51,530 nt of DNA from Bacteroidales bacterium (GTDB taxonomy: Bacteria; Bacteroidota; Bacteroidia; Bacteroidales; UBA3824). This document shows, piece by piece, positions 1-10,100 of the stretch. Within the stretch, counting starts at the first letter, position 1. Each line of letters begins with the position of its first letter. The DNA lies in the NCBI GenBank assembly GCA_017964465.1, contig JAGCRY010000100.1, positions 1 through 51,530 on the forward strand, written 5' to 3'. Below the pieces are notes generated by a model that made no database searches, was not told where the DNA came from, and saw only the letters and a program-made list of their open reading frames with translations. The translations under genes and the position numbers were made by a program.

Positions 1-7
1 ATACAAA

Positions 8-796
8 ATGGAACTCAACCTTAAACGACCGATAGCATTTTTCGACCTCGAAACCACCGGACTCAACATTTCGAGCGACCGCATCATCGAAATCTGCATC
101 CTGAAAGTGAACCCCGACCATTCGGAGGAGACTTTCACCACGCGCATCAATCCTACCATCCCAATATCCAAGGAAGCCTCAGAAATCACCGGCATCAAGG
201 ACGAGGACGTCAAGGACTGCCCGACATTCAAGCAGATAGCGCACAAACTCGCCAAGATGCTCGAAAACTGCGACATCGCCGGATTCAATTCCAACAAATT
301 CGACATCCCGCTGTTGGCAGAAGAATTTCTCCGCGCCGAGGTGGATTTTGATATGAACCGCCGCAAACGCATTGACGTTCAGGTGATTTACCACAAGCAG
401 GAGCAGCGCAACCTCTCCACGGCCTACAAATTCTACTGCGGCAAAAATCTCGACGACGCCCACTCAGCCGACGCCGACACCCGCGCCACATACGAAGTAT
501 TGAAGGCTCAGTTGGACAAGTACGCCGACCTCCAAAACAACGTCGATTTTCTCTCCACATATTCCTCTTACTCCAATTTTGTGGATTTTGCAGGTCGAAT
601 GATCTACAACGAAAAAGGCGAGGAAATCTTCAATTTTGGCAAGCACAAGGGCAAAAAAGTCGTGGACGTAATCGGCAAAGAAGAGCCGCAATACTACGAC
701 TGGATCATGAAAAGCGATTTCGCACTCAACACAAAACAAGTGCTCACGCAGATTAAACTGCGCATCGCACAGGACAGAATGAACGGAATCAAGTAA
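8..796 (+). CDS. DnaQ/DEDDh-type 3'-5' exonuclease (DNA polymerase III epsilon-like) with a C-terminal extension
   Basis: Exo I FFDLETTGL, Exo II GFNSNKFDIPLL and Exo III HSADADTRATYEV motifs are in canonical order. The ORF is 262 aa with no competing frame. Confidence 0.8.
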   Translation: MELNLKRPIAFFDLETTGLNISSDRIIEICILKVNPDHSEETFTTRINPTIPISKEASEITGIKDEDVKDCPTFKQIAHKLAKMLENCDIAGFNSNKFDIPLLAEEFLRAEVDFDMNRRKRIDVQVIYHKQEQRNLSTAYKFYCGKNLDDAHSADADTRATYEVLKAQLDKYADLQNNVDFLSTYSSYSNFVDFAGRMIYNEKGEEIFNFGKHKGKKVVDVIGKEEPQYYDWIMKSDFALNTKQVLTQIKLRIAQDRMNGIK

Positions 797-800
797 ATTT

Positions 801-827
801 TGCAAAAAAAAATCATTTTTTTTTGCA
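801..827 (+). terminator. A/T-only palindrome (TGCAAAAAAAAA-tca-TTTTTTTTTGCA) downstream of the exonuclease gene
   Basis: A perfect 12-bp inverted repeat lies 5 nt after the stop codon. The stem is almost entirely A:T, so it is a weak terminator candidate. Confidence 0.3.
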
Positions 828-893
828 GATTCAAAATTTATCACTAATATTGCGAATAATTAACAATACATATAACTTCAAAAAAAACAAAAA

Positions 894-1238
894 ATGGCAG
901 AAGAAACAACACAGACAAGCGGTAGCAGCAACACTAAGATCTACAAAATACTGTGCTACCTCAGCTACTTGTGGCTTATCCCCTACTTCGTAGCAAAAGG
1001 CGATGTACGCGACGAAAACATGATCCTAAACCTCAAACAGGGATTTGGATGTATGCTCTTGATCGCCATCGGACAACTCATCGCGAATGTGCTTCATTTC
1101 GTCAGCGTTGGCGCTATCGTCCTCATGATAGGCTGCATCCTCGCACTCATCGGCTTCATCAACGTATTGCAGAACAAGGACAAGGAACTTCCGCTCCTCG
1201 GTTCTCTCTTCACATCGTCTTTCTCGTTCATTAAGTAA
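894..1238 (+). CDS. Small integral membrane protein (DUF4870-like, 3 predicted TM segments)
   Basis: Hydrophobic stretches YLSYLWLIPYFV, CMLLIAIGQLIANVL and AIVLMIGCILALIGFI. A strong hairpin terminator follows. Confidence 0.55.
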   Translation: MAEETTQTSGSSNTKIYKILCYLSYLWLIPYFVAKGDVRDENMILNLKQGFGCMLLIAIGQLIANVLHFVSVGAIVLMIGCILALIGFINVLQNKDKELPLLGSLFTSSFSFIK

Positions 1239-1268
1239 CAGACGACAAGCCGACAACAAGCTACATAA

Positions 1269-1308
1269 AACGCCCGCAAATTTTTCACCAAAAATTGTGG
1301 GCGTTTTT
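1269..1308 (+). terminator. Rho-independent terminator
   Basis: Stem AACGCCCGCAAATTTTT / AAAAATTGTGGGCGTT with loop CACC (one G:U pair and one bulge), followed by a T-run. Confidence 0.7.
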
Positions 1309-1365
1309 GAAATCATGGACAACACGTCCACCACAACTAACAATAACCGCAAAACCTATCACAAA

Positions 1366-1719
1366 ATGGCAGAAGAAACTCAAAATCAGGAAAACCAGGA
1401 GCAGAAAAAGGAAGAAATCGACTCCCTCCTCAAAAAAATCCTATATCAGGGCGTAGCAAAGGCTAATTCCGCTATCGACTACGTGGAAAAGACAGTGTCT
1501 GGACTCATTGGTCAAAACAAAATCACTAACGAGGAAGGCAAAAACATCGTTAACAACTTCAAGTCGAACATCGACACAAAAGTTAAAGACATGGAGACAC
1601 GCCTGCGCGAAACCATCAGCAGCGCATTGCAGAACGTCCGTCCGGCATCAAAATCGGAAGTGGAAGAACTCCGCAAACGTGTAGAAGCCCTGGAAAAAAT
1701 TGTTGCAGGCCTCGACTAA
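1366..1719 (+). CDS. Phasin-like coiled-coil protein (PHA granule-associated protein family-like)
   Basis: The C-terminal motif SKSEVEELRKRVEALEKIV resembles the conserved end of the phasin family. The start is moved to MAEETQ (1366) because the ORF-track start at 1297 lies inside the upstream terminator hairpin. Confidence 0.55.
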   Translation: MAEETQNQENQEQKKEEIDSLLKKILYQGVAKANSAIDYVEKTVSGLIGQNKITNEEGKNIVNNFKSNIDTKVKDMETRLRETISSALQNVRPASKSEVEELRKRVEALEKIVAGLD

Positions 1720-1761
1720 TACTCAGCCATCCATTCAATTTCAAAAAAACATCAAAGCCGT

Positions 1762-2049
1762 ATGATAACCGAAATCGCAAACATCGGCAACCGTCTCATT
1801 GGCGACGCTGCGAGTCTCGTAAAATACACATTCGACAACCTCGCCGACGAGCAGAAAATCTCCGACAAGGAGAGCAAGTCGATTTTCGAAAACATCAAGA
1901 ATAAACTTTTCGACAAGTCGGCGGACATGGAAAGCTCCATCAAGGAATTATTGTATAAATTCTATGAGAAGATGGACTACGCCACGCCCGAAGAAGTCGA
2001 TAAACTCAGGCGAAGAATCGCAATTTTGGAAAAACTAACCCAAAAATAA
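1762..2049 (+). CDS. Phasin-like coiled-coil protein, paralog of 1366..1719
   Basis: It has the same C-terminal motif (TPEEVDKLRRRIAILEKL) and the same predicted helical character. It sits immediately upstream of the ABC1-type gene. Confidence 0.55.
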   Translation: MITEIANIGNRLIGDAASLVKYTFDNLADEQKISDKESKSIFENIKNKLFDKSADMESSIKELLYKFYEKMDYATPEEVDKLRRRIAILEKLTQK

Positions 2050-2061
2050 CATCAAACGAAA

Positions 2062-3741
2062 ATGCCTTTGAAATCCACAAGTAACAAAGCTCTGGACAGG
2101 CTCAACAATGCCGTCAACATACTGATTAAGTACGGGTTTCAAAGCATTCTCGTAAAAACGGGTCTTGTGTCAAGAAAAGTTGCACAACGAAACTTCCCTG
2201 ACATCGACCCGTCGCTCACGAAATGGCAGCGCATGAGGCTCGCCACTCAGGACATGGGACCAACGGCAGTAAGGCTCGCGCAATACCTCGCCCTGCGCCC
2301 CGACATCCTGCCAGACGAACTAATTTCGGAGTTTGCGAACCTCGAATTTCCAAAAATCACAATAACACGGACGACCGCAGAAAGTATTTTTGAACAATAT
2401 ACCCACCGCGCCGCCGCAAAAACTTTCCAATATTTCGACAACCAAAGCACGTTACAAGACGGTTTTACCGCCACATTCCGCGCCAAACTGCTAACTGGCG
2501 AAGACGTGGCGGTAAAAATACTTCCGCCTGAAACACAGTCTGTTGTGCTGGCGGACATCGCGCTCTTCAAACGACTCGCGTCGCTAACGTCCGGCGTGCT
2601 CACAAAACTCGGCGTAAACAACCCAACCGCCCTTGTAGAAGACTTTGAGCGCACAATTCTCCCCGAACTCGACTTGAGCAAAGAAGCTGATAAAATGCGA
2701 CGCTTCAACAAAGCATACAAAGGCATGTCGGGCTTCGTGGTGCCGGAACTTTTTCCACAATTCACATCCACAAACTCGCTCGTAACATATTATTACAACT
2801 CCACAAGCGTTGCAAACGCCAACGAATTTGTTGCATGGGGGCTCCAACAAAAAGCTGTCGCCGACAGATTCCTCACAATATTCATATCTGGAATGTTAGA
2901 CACGGGGCTTTTCCTCGCAACGCCGCTCAAAGACATCATCCGCGTGCTGCCCGACGGTCGCATACATTTTGCAGATTATGGCACGGCGGGTTTATTGACA
3001 TCAGACCAGCGTGTATGGATAAATGATGTCGTTGCAGCTCTCTCCACACGAAACTCAATGGTGCTTGCCGACAGTATGAGGAAGCTTTCGTACAATTCAG
3101 AAGTATATGATTTTCAGTTATTTAAAAACGACATACAGTCACTTGCCGACAATCTGTACTTCATGGAAAGCACCGATTATTATATGCGCGAATTTGCATT
3201 GGGCATCATGCGCATAGCCTACAAACACAAACTCCTGATACCTGCGGAAGTCGTTTCTGCCTTCAATGCGCTCGCAATAGCCGAAAGCATCACACTCTCC
3301 ATAACGCCAATAAGCCGAATTGCTGATTTTTTCAAAACCTACGGCAACCGCCTTATGCGCGACCGCATGCAGCCCGACAGATTCAAGACGCTGTTCAACA
3401 AAAACATGACACAAGTGTCGGACTTTTTGGAAGTGTCGCCATTGGAATTGTCATTGATACTCAAAAAGCTACGTCGCGGAGAATTCGTCGCCAATCTAAG
3501 CATCAAGGAATCGCACTCGTTTTTCCGCCGTATCGACGTGTCTGTCAACAAGATATGCTATGTAATAATGATAGCGGTGCTCGTCATCGCCGCAACATTG
3601 ATATTGGTGTTCGGACAAAACATGTACATATTCATGGGAATTCCGTTGGCAAGCGGCGTGGCATACGCACTGGCACTGATAATGGCATTGTCACTATTGA
3701 TTTACAACGCACGAAACCGATATAATCCCGAAGAACAATGA
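2062..3741 (+). CDS. ABC1/UbiB/AarF atypical kinase family protein with two C-terminal TM helices
   Basis: Family motifs LALRPDILPDELISEF, VAVKILPP, DLSKEADKMRRF and ADYG are present. C-terminal hydrophobic segments are ICYVIMIAVLVIAATLILVF and GVAYALALIMALSLLIY. The catalytic loop is degenerate (see findings). Confidence 0.8.
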   Translation: MPLKSTSNKALDRLNNAVNILIKYGFQSILVKTGLVSRKVAQRNFPDIDPSLTKWQRMRLATQDMGPTAVRLAQYLALRPDILPDELISEFANLEFPKITITRTTAESIFEQYTHRAAAKTFQYFDNQSTLQDGFTATFRAKLLTGEDVAVKILPPETQSVVLADIALFKRLASLTSGVLTKLGVNNPTALVEDFERTILPELDLSKEADKMRRFNKAYKGMSGFVVPELFPQFTSTNSLVTYYYNSTSVANANEFVAWGLQQKAVADRFLTIFISGMLDTGLFLATPLKDIIRVLPDGRIHFADYGTAGLLTSDQRVWINDVVAALSTRNSMVLADSMRKLSYNSEVYDFQLFKNDIQSLADNLYFMESTDYYMREFALGIMRIAYKHKLLIPAEVVSAFNALAIAESITLSITPISRIADFFKTYGNRLMRDRMQPDRFKTLFNKNMTQVSDFLEVSPLELSLILKKLRRGEFVANLSIKESHSFFRRIDVSVNKICYVIMIAVLVIAATLILVFGQNMYIFMGIPLASGVAYALALIMALSLLIYNARNRYNPEEQ

Positions 3742-6700
3742 AACTCAATATATATAAAGCATCGGCGGGCAGCGGCAAGACACACATCCTCGCCGGCAAT
3801 TATATCGTTGAATCTTTTAACCGCGTCGCACCCGCGAGAAGCGGCTCCTCTTTGTATGACGCTTTCAGGGACACGATGGCGTTTGCAAGAATCCTTGCAG
3901 TGACATTCACAAACAAAGCCGCAGGAGAGATGAAGGAGCGCATCATCCGCGAACTTGACAAACTCGCCGCCGGTGAAAAAAGTGAATACGTAAAGGACAT
4001 TTGCAACCGCTATCCCAAATACACGCCAGAACAAGTTTCGGAGCGTGCAAAGAAAATCCGCAGTGCAATACTCCACAACTATTCCGACTTCAATCTCCGC
4101 ACAATAGACTCCTTCGTGCAGAGCATTGTGAGGGCGTTTTGTTATGACATAAACATCAATTCGGGATTCACGACACAGACCGACCAAAACGCCGTTCTTG
4201 CTGACCTCATCGACGCACTTCTCCAAAAATCCGACACAGACGCCGAACTCCACGAACAATTCCGCGCAATGGCAGCAAAAAATGTCAAAGACGGTGCAAA
4301 CTGGGATTTCCGCAAACAACTCACCTCGTTGGCGAACTTGATTTTCACGGAACAATTCCAGAACCTCGAGAAATTCTATGCCGGAATGGATGACGAGACA
4401 AAACGTGATTATTTCACTAAATCTTTGGAAATTGTAAACTTGATATATGAAGATTTTGAGGATAAGGCGGACGACATATCCGAACGGGCACGTAAAGTTT
4501 TCGACTCCTTGCCCACGCCGCCGTCTGACATCAACAACAACATGAAAATCCTTCAAAATTTTCTCCTCAACAACATCAAGGAATGTCAAATAGGCAGCAT
4601 TGTGAGCCAACTTTGCGAAGGTGAAAAATGGATGCGTTCAAAATCTACAAAAAAAGAACAGGCAGCCGTCGATGAACTTCGTCCTCAAATAGAGCCAATA
4701 CTGCAAGAAGCTGTAAGCCTGATTAAAGACCACGGCACCGACTATCAGACCGCAGCCGTCATACGTCGCGATTTCCATGCATTCATGCTACTCGGTGACC
4801 TTGCAAAACTGATGCCCGACTACCGTCGTGAAAACAGGATGATGCTTGTTTCGGATGCAACGACATTTCTCAATGCCATCATCGCGGAAAACGACGCGCC
4901 TTTCATATATGAGCGCGTCGGTAACAAGTTTGACCATATCTACATCGACGAATTTCAAGACACGTCCGAATTTCAGTGGAACAACTTCCGCCCACTAATT
5001 GAAAACACTCTGTCTCAAGGCTTTGACAATATGATTGTCGGCGACGTGAAACAAGCGATATATAGATTCAGGGGCGGAGACTGGTCTCTGTTGAACTCAC
5101 AAGTTGAGGATCAAATCGGCGACGACAACATAAATCTCAACACGTTGGACGTCAACTGGCGTTCACGGAAAAACATTGTGGATTTCAACGACGCAATTTT
5201 CCAGCGGGCAATATCCACACTTGCAGACCATGACGACGGTGAACTTGACTTTTCGCTTTTGGACAAAATTTACGCCGATTCATTCCAACACCTGCCACAA
5301 AACAGAGACCGCTCCGGCGGCAAAGTAAACGTGGTTTTCATTGAACACAAAAAGAAAAAAAACACCGGAGAAACCACCGATGAGAATGCGGATGAAACCG
5401 ACGAACAAAATCCATTGGAAGGGTTGCTCCTACCAGACTTCAAGGAAGACAATGTATTCATTGTCAAGTCGTTGAACATGATGGCGCAAGAAATAGACGC
5501 GCTCATCAAAAAAGGCGTCAGCCCACAGAAAATCACAATTCTCGTCCGCAAAGGCTGGCAGGCGAATTTGTCTGTGAATTTCTTGATGAAATATCAGTCG
5601 GAAATAGAAGGCGCGGCACATTACGACGTGATTTCGGCAGATTCACTTTACATTGCCAACTCGTTGATAGTGAAGATTCTCATCAATGCAATGAAATATG
5701 TCAACAATCCAACTGACTTTATTGCAAAAATAGAAATGTTGCGCACATATTGCATTGTGAGCGGTAAGGAAATAGATGACGATGGCATTTTCAAGGCGGC
5801 AACCGAGGAAGACCTGCCAACAGATTTGCTACCCGAAGGCTTTGACGAAATCATCAAATCATATTCAGACCTTCCATTGTATGACCTATGTGAAAAAATT
5901 GTTGCATGTTTCTCTCTTCAACGTTTTTCTGGCGACTCTGAATATCTGCGCACATTCGAGGACTGTGTTTTGAATTTCACCAAAACATTTTCCTCAGACC
6001 TCAATAGATTCGTAAAATGGTGGGATGATGCGGGTTGCAAGACTGCAATCCAACCATCGGACGAGCAAGATGCCGTGACAATAATGACAATCCACAAGTC
6101 CAAGGGCTTGGATTTCAGCATACAATTTGTGCCGTTTTGCAACTGGGAAATGGAAGAAGTCAACAACCAACAGGAAAATTACATCTGGGTTCGCTGCCCT
6201 GAGAACTCGGCATTTGCATCGCTGCCGGTATTGCCAGTGAGGTATAGTAGCAAACTTGCTGGATCGCATTTTGCTTCTGCATACCTCGACGAAAAACGTG
6301 ACATGTATGTAGATTCTCTCAATCTTCTATACGTGGCTCTCACGCGCCCCGTTGACGAACTCCATGTCTATTGCCCGATGCCAGACGTGACAAAAAACAC
6401 TGTCAAAACTGTCGGCGACCTTCTATATTACAGCATCACAGATGTCGCGAATTCTGATGATAAAACAGTAAACATCAATGAGTTTTACGACACCGAATCC
6501 AAATCGCTACTTATGGACGACAACCATAAAATAGACCTTGGTGCCCGCACTAATGACTACAAGACTTTCAAACTTTCGGGGTTCGACAACACTCCATGGG
6601 AGAACAAACTATCAGTCCTCTCCCACTCTTCGGATTTCTTCATCCAAAACAGCCCATTTCTCCAGGAACGCATCAATCACGGTCTGTTCATGCACGAGGT

Positions 6701-7106
6701 TATGTCACAAATTGAATATGCCGAAGACGCTCCACAAGTTTTGCAACGTATGGTTTTCCAAGGTCGCATAACAAAAGAACAACGTGATGAACTCCAAAAA
6801 CTTCTCGACAAAGCATTCCAGATTCCACAAGTCGGACAATGGTTTTCTCACGACTGGAATCAGGTAATCACCGAGCGTGCACTCCTCACGACAGAAGGCA
6901 CAATCCGCATACCCGACCGTGTCCTCGTCAGCGATACAAAAACCGTTGTCATCGACTTCAAATTTGGCAAAGCTCACGATGAATACCGCGACCAAATAGC
7001 CGAATACGTCGATCTTCTCTCATCTATGAAAAACCCGACATACCCACCCGTGGAGGCTTATCTGTATTATGTCGAGGACGGAAGAGTGGAGGAAGTGGAG
7101 TGTTAG
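3738..7106 (+). CDS. UvrD/Rep superfamily-1 helicase fused to a C-terminal PD-(D/E)XK nuclease (AddA/RecB-like)
   Basis: Walker A ASAGSGKTH; motif II IDEFQDTS; TIHKSKGLDF; LLYVALTRPVDEL. The C-terminal nuclease signature is IPDRVLV...VVIDFKFGK. There is an ATGA start/stop overlap with the upstream gene. Confidence 0.85.
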   Translation: MKLNIYKASAGSGKTHILAGNYIVESFNRVAPARSGSSLYDAFRDTMAFARILAVTFTNKAAGEMKERIIRELDKLAAGEKSEYVKDICNRYPKYTPEQVSERAKKIRSAILHNYSDFNLRTIDSFVQSIVRAFCYDININSGFTTQTDQNAVLADLIDALLQKSDTDAELHEQFRAMAAKNVKDGANWDFRKQLTSLANLIFTEQFQNLEKFYAGMDDETKRDYFTKSLEIVNLIYEDFEDKADDISERARKVFDSLPTPPSDINNNMKILQNFLLNNIKECQIGSIVSQLCEGEKWMRSKSTKKEQAAVDELRPQIEPILQEAVSLIKDHGTDYQTAAVIRRDFHAFMLLGDLAKLMPDYRRENRMMLVSDATTFLNAIIAENDAPFIYERVGNKFDHIYIDEFQDTSEFQWNNFRPLIENTLSQGFDNMIVGDVKQAIYRFRGGDWSLLNSQVEDQIGDDNINLNTLDVNWRSRKNIVDFNDAIFQRAISTLADHDDGELDFSLLDKIYADSFQHLPQNRDRSGGKVNVVFIEHKKKKNTGETTDENADETDEQNPLEGLLLPDFKEDNVFIVKSLNMMAQEIDALIKKGVSPQKITILVRKGWQANLSVNFLMKYQSEIEGAAHYDVISADSLYIANSLIVKILINAMKYVNNPTDFIAKIEMLRTYCIVSGKEIDDDGIFKAATEEDLPTDLLPEGFDEIIKSYSDLPLYDLCEKIVACFSLQRFSGDSEYLRTFEDCVLNFTKTFSSDLNRFVKWWDDAGCKTAIQPSDEQDAVTIMTIHKSKGLDFSIQFVPFCNWEMEEVNNQQENYIWVRCPENSAFASLPVLPVRYSSKLAGSHFASAYLDEKRDMYVDSLNLLYVALTRPVDELHVYCPMPDVTKNTVKTVGDLLYYSITDVANSDDKTVNINEFYDTESKSLLMDDNHKIDLGARTNDYKTFKLSGFDNTPWENKLSVLSHSSDFFIQNSPFLQERINHGLFMHEVMSQIEYAEDAPQVLQRMVFQGRITKEQRDELQKLLDKAFQIPQVGQWFSHDWNQVITERALLTTEGTIRIPDRVLVSDTKTVVIDFKFGKAHDEYRDQIAEYVDLLSSMKNPTYPPVEAYLYYVEDGRVEEVEC

Positions 7107-10100
7107 AAATCAAGCCCTAACGAGAAGTAGAACGTCCTCGGCAGGACGACATGACCTTCCAAGCCCCATGCCCAGTCTAAACGCATGAAATATCCCAAAA
7201 GACTCGTCCTAAGTCCGAAACCATAACCTGCCACAACTGTAGGGCGTTCTACGTCTATTATCATTCTGATTGAGCCATCCTGAATATCAAACTTGTTGTA
7301 GGCATTGTCTTTGCCTGGCACTAAACCTGTCCATGCCGACCCAGCGTCAAAAAATCCAACAACCTGGAAGTCGTTGATAAGTTTGCTACTGAGCGGACGA
7401 TTGAAAAGATAACGGAACAGCGGCAAGCGAAGTTCTGCATTTGCAACCGCAAAAGTGTTTCCATTGCGGCAGTTTTGAATGAAGCCTCGCATATTTGTGC
7501 CTACAGCCTGATAGATGTAGTTTTCCTCTTGGTCTATACGGATTGACTGGTCGAAACGTTTTGAAATGTCCGAGGAGAATGTAGTCCAATTGTCCACACC
7601 GCCAAGATAATACAACACCTTGCCCGAGCCAAACGACGATGCACCTGCAACCCTGCCCGCCAAAATCATGCAGCGATGAATCGGCAAATAATAGCGGCAG
7701 TCAAATCCAACCGTGGAAATCAGGTCATAACGTCCTTCAACCTGTTGATAAACTTCGCCCCATGCCTTCATACGCGCTCCGGCAGGGATGTTTGTGGTGA
7801 TTTGATAGGAATTGTCGAAAACAATTTCGGCTTTTGCATTTGCAAACACTTGATAATCGGGATCTTTGCCAATATTATAAGTATCAACTATCTGATATTC
7901 AGCCTTGTCATATCTCATGCCAAGAGTACCTTTCACCGCCGTAACCTGACTGAACGGATAACTTGCAACGAACATAACCTCATTGCTGGCGACCTTTGTG
8001 TAATCTTCGTTAGTGTAGGTGTTGCGATGGAAAACATATTGTTTATCAAGACGTTTGCGGAGATTCTCGAATGAAAGATAATACTCATAACTATCAAAAT
8101 TTCCACCGAAACGGAATGCAGCCGTCAGCCTGTAATCTTCAAACAAATCCTTAATACCAACTTTGAAAAACGCCGACGCACCTGGATCAAAGTAATAAGG
8201 ACCGCCCGTAAAAGGCTGATAGCCTTGACTTAATGTGGAAAAATCTACCTGACTAACCAAATAGTCGGTATAGAAAGTAGTGAAATACATCCTTTGGGTT
8301 GGACGCTCCATCTTTTCATTAATATGGCGTGCCTTCAAATCCTCATTATAAAAAATCAACTGGTGAGCAAGGCTTTTTTCCTCCTCAAAATAATAGTTTG
8401 TAATGTCATATTTGAGGCTGTCGGGATGAATTAAGTTTTTAGGCGGATTCGCCACAATGCTGTCAATGCGCTGACGTTCGAGTTTTGCCTTCTGTCGTTT
8501 CACAACTTCCATAGAATCGACTCTTTGCTGATGACGATCCATAACTGAGCGGAAATATGTCGGCTGTAACACAGACGGAACATTTGACTGTCGCTCTATT
8601 GGTTCGGTCTGCATCAAATAACGCCCACGATTACGAGAATTGAAGGAAATTTTACCCTGCGGACGATTGACATTAAGATGCAAGATGCTATGACGCTTAT
8701 TGGAGACAGGCTTGTATTCATTGGTATAGCGATAATGCACTGTCGTATCAATTGCAATAATGGTGCTGTCATATACCGACGCATAGCGATTCACAATACC
8801 ATTACGATCCGACAAATATGAATACGAATTGTGGGAAAGCTCCGATGGCGAAGTTTCATTCTCATATTTTGAATTTGTGATGCGGCGGAGGACGTTTGAT
8901 TTGTTTTTATAATCATAAACAAAAATGTCATAAGTTGCTCCAATCTTGTCATGGTCATCCACTTTTTCGACGCGCATGGTGTCACTGAGACGGTTTGACG
9001 CAAACACAATCTGTGTTGAATTTTCAGCAAACTGAGGGTCTATGTCATCCGCCAAATCCCTGGTTATCTGTTCGTATGAGCCTGACGCAACGTTCATGAC
9101 AACAATATCGGTAAGACCTGACAACTGAACCGACATGACCATGTTAAGTCCATCGTCGCTATATGCCATGGAAAACACCTTGTCAAACTTAGGTAGCATA
9201 CGTCTCAACATCTTTCCATCAGTCAAATTGTATTGATAGAGATAGATGTAACCCTTTTCTTCAATCACAAAACTTATCAACTGTCCAGACTTGTGCCATG
9301 CAGCAACGGGATAATTGTATTCAATTGCCTGTTGAAGTTTATGTTCGCGGGCGAGGAGTTTTTTGCGCTTTTGTGTCTTGTTGTCAATTAGATAGACTTT
9401 ATAACGACCCTGTTTGTTTGTGCAATAAAAAGTATGTCGTCCGTCGGGAGCGAGGAGCGGCTTGTCATAAATCGTATTACGCTTGTATTTCTTTATTATG
9501 TCATTGTCGTGTGGTGCTGTGTCCTTGGGGATACGACGACCGTCGGGGATTCCAAACTTGTCATTATAATACGACACCCAATCTTTGTTCAACTGACGGA
9601 ATTTTACGTTCAAAACCTGTTTGAAAGCAATGTTTGGATTTTTGTTTATGCTTGTGAAATAGAGAATGCTTGGAATTGCATCACGTCCGTAAACACGGTT
9701 GATGTAAAACCACATGGAATAGCCAGCATATTTGGCATCGTCACCAGTGAGATAGTTGATTTTCTTGTATTTACGAGATTCAAATCCGTCCTTGAGAATA
9801 TCTTCAATTTCAGCGTTCCAGTCTGCGGCAACATAGTATGACAAACCGTCGCTATACCACTGAGGAGTTGAGGTTGTGCCAGCACTCTGAACTCTATTAC
9901 GGATGCCAGAACCATTGAGGGCAGTGCCAAGAATGATTTTGGCAACGGCTTCACGGATTTGAGTTTCATATTTGATGTGGTCGCCGTCATAATAAAGGAA
10001 AACCTTATTGTCGATTATTTTCGCCACGCCGCCGAGATTGCTCTGTTTGTCGCCGGTCACAAGTCCAATGTTGCTCTGACGATATTCAGCAAGCCTATTA

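Noticed and set aside
1297-1365. The longer start (MGVFEIMDNT...) for the first phasin-like ORF
   Set aside because: The first codons lie within the stem and T-run of the upstream terminator hairpin (1269-1308). The MAEETQ start at 1366 is more plausible.
3702-4610. A 302-aa minus-strand ORF
   Set aside because: It is antisense to the 5' part of the helicase-nuclease gene, which carries the Walker A motif. It has no recognisable domains and a Cys/Phe/Val-rich shadow composition.
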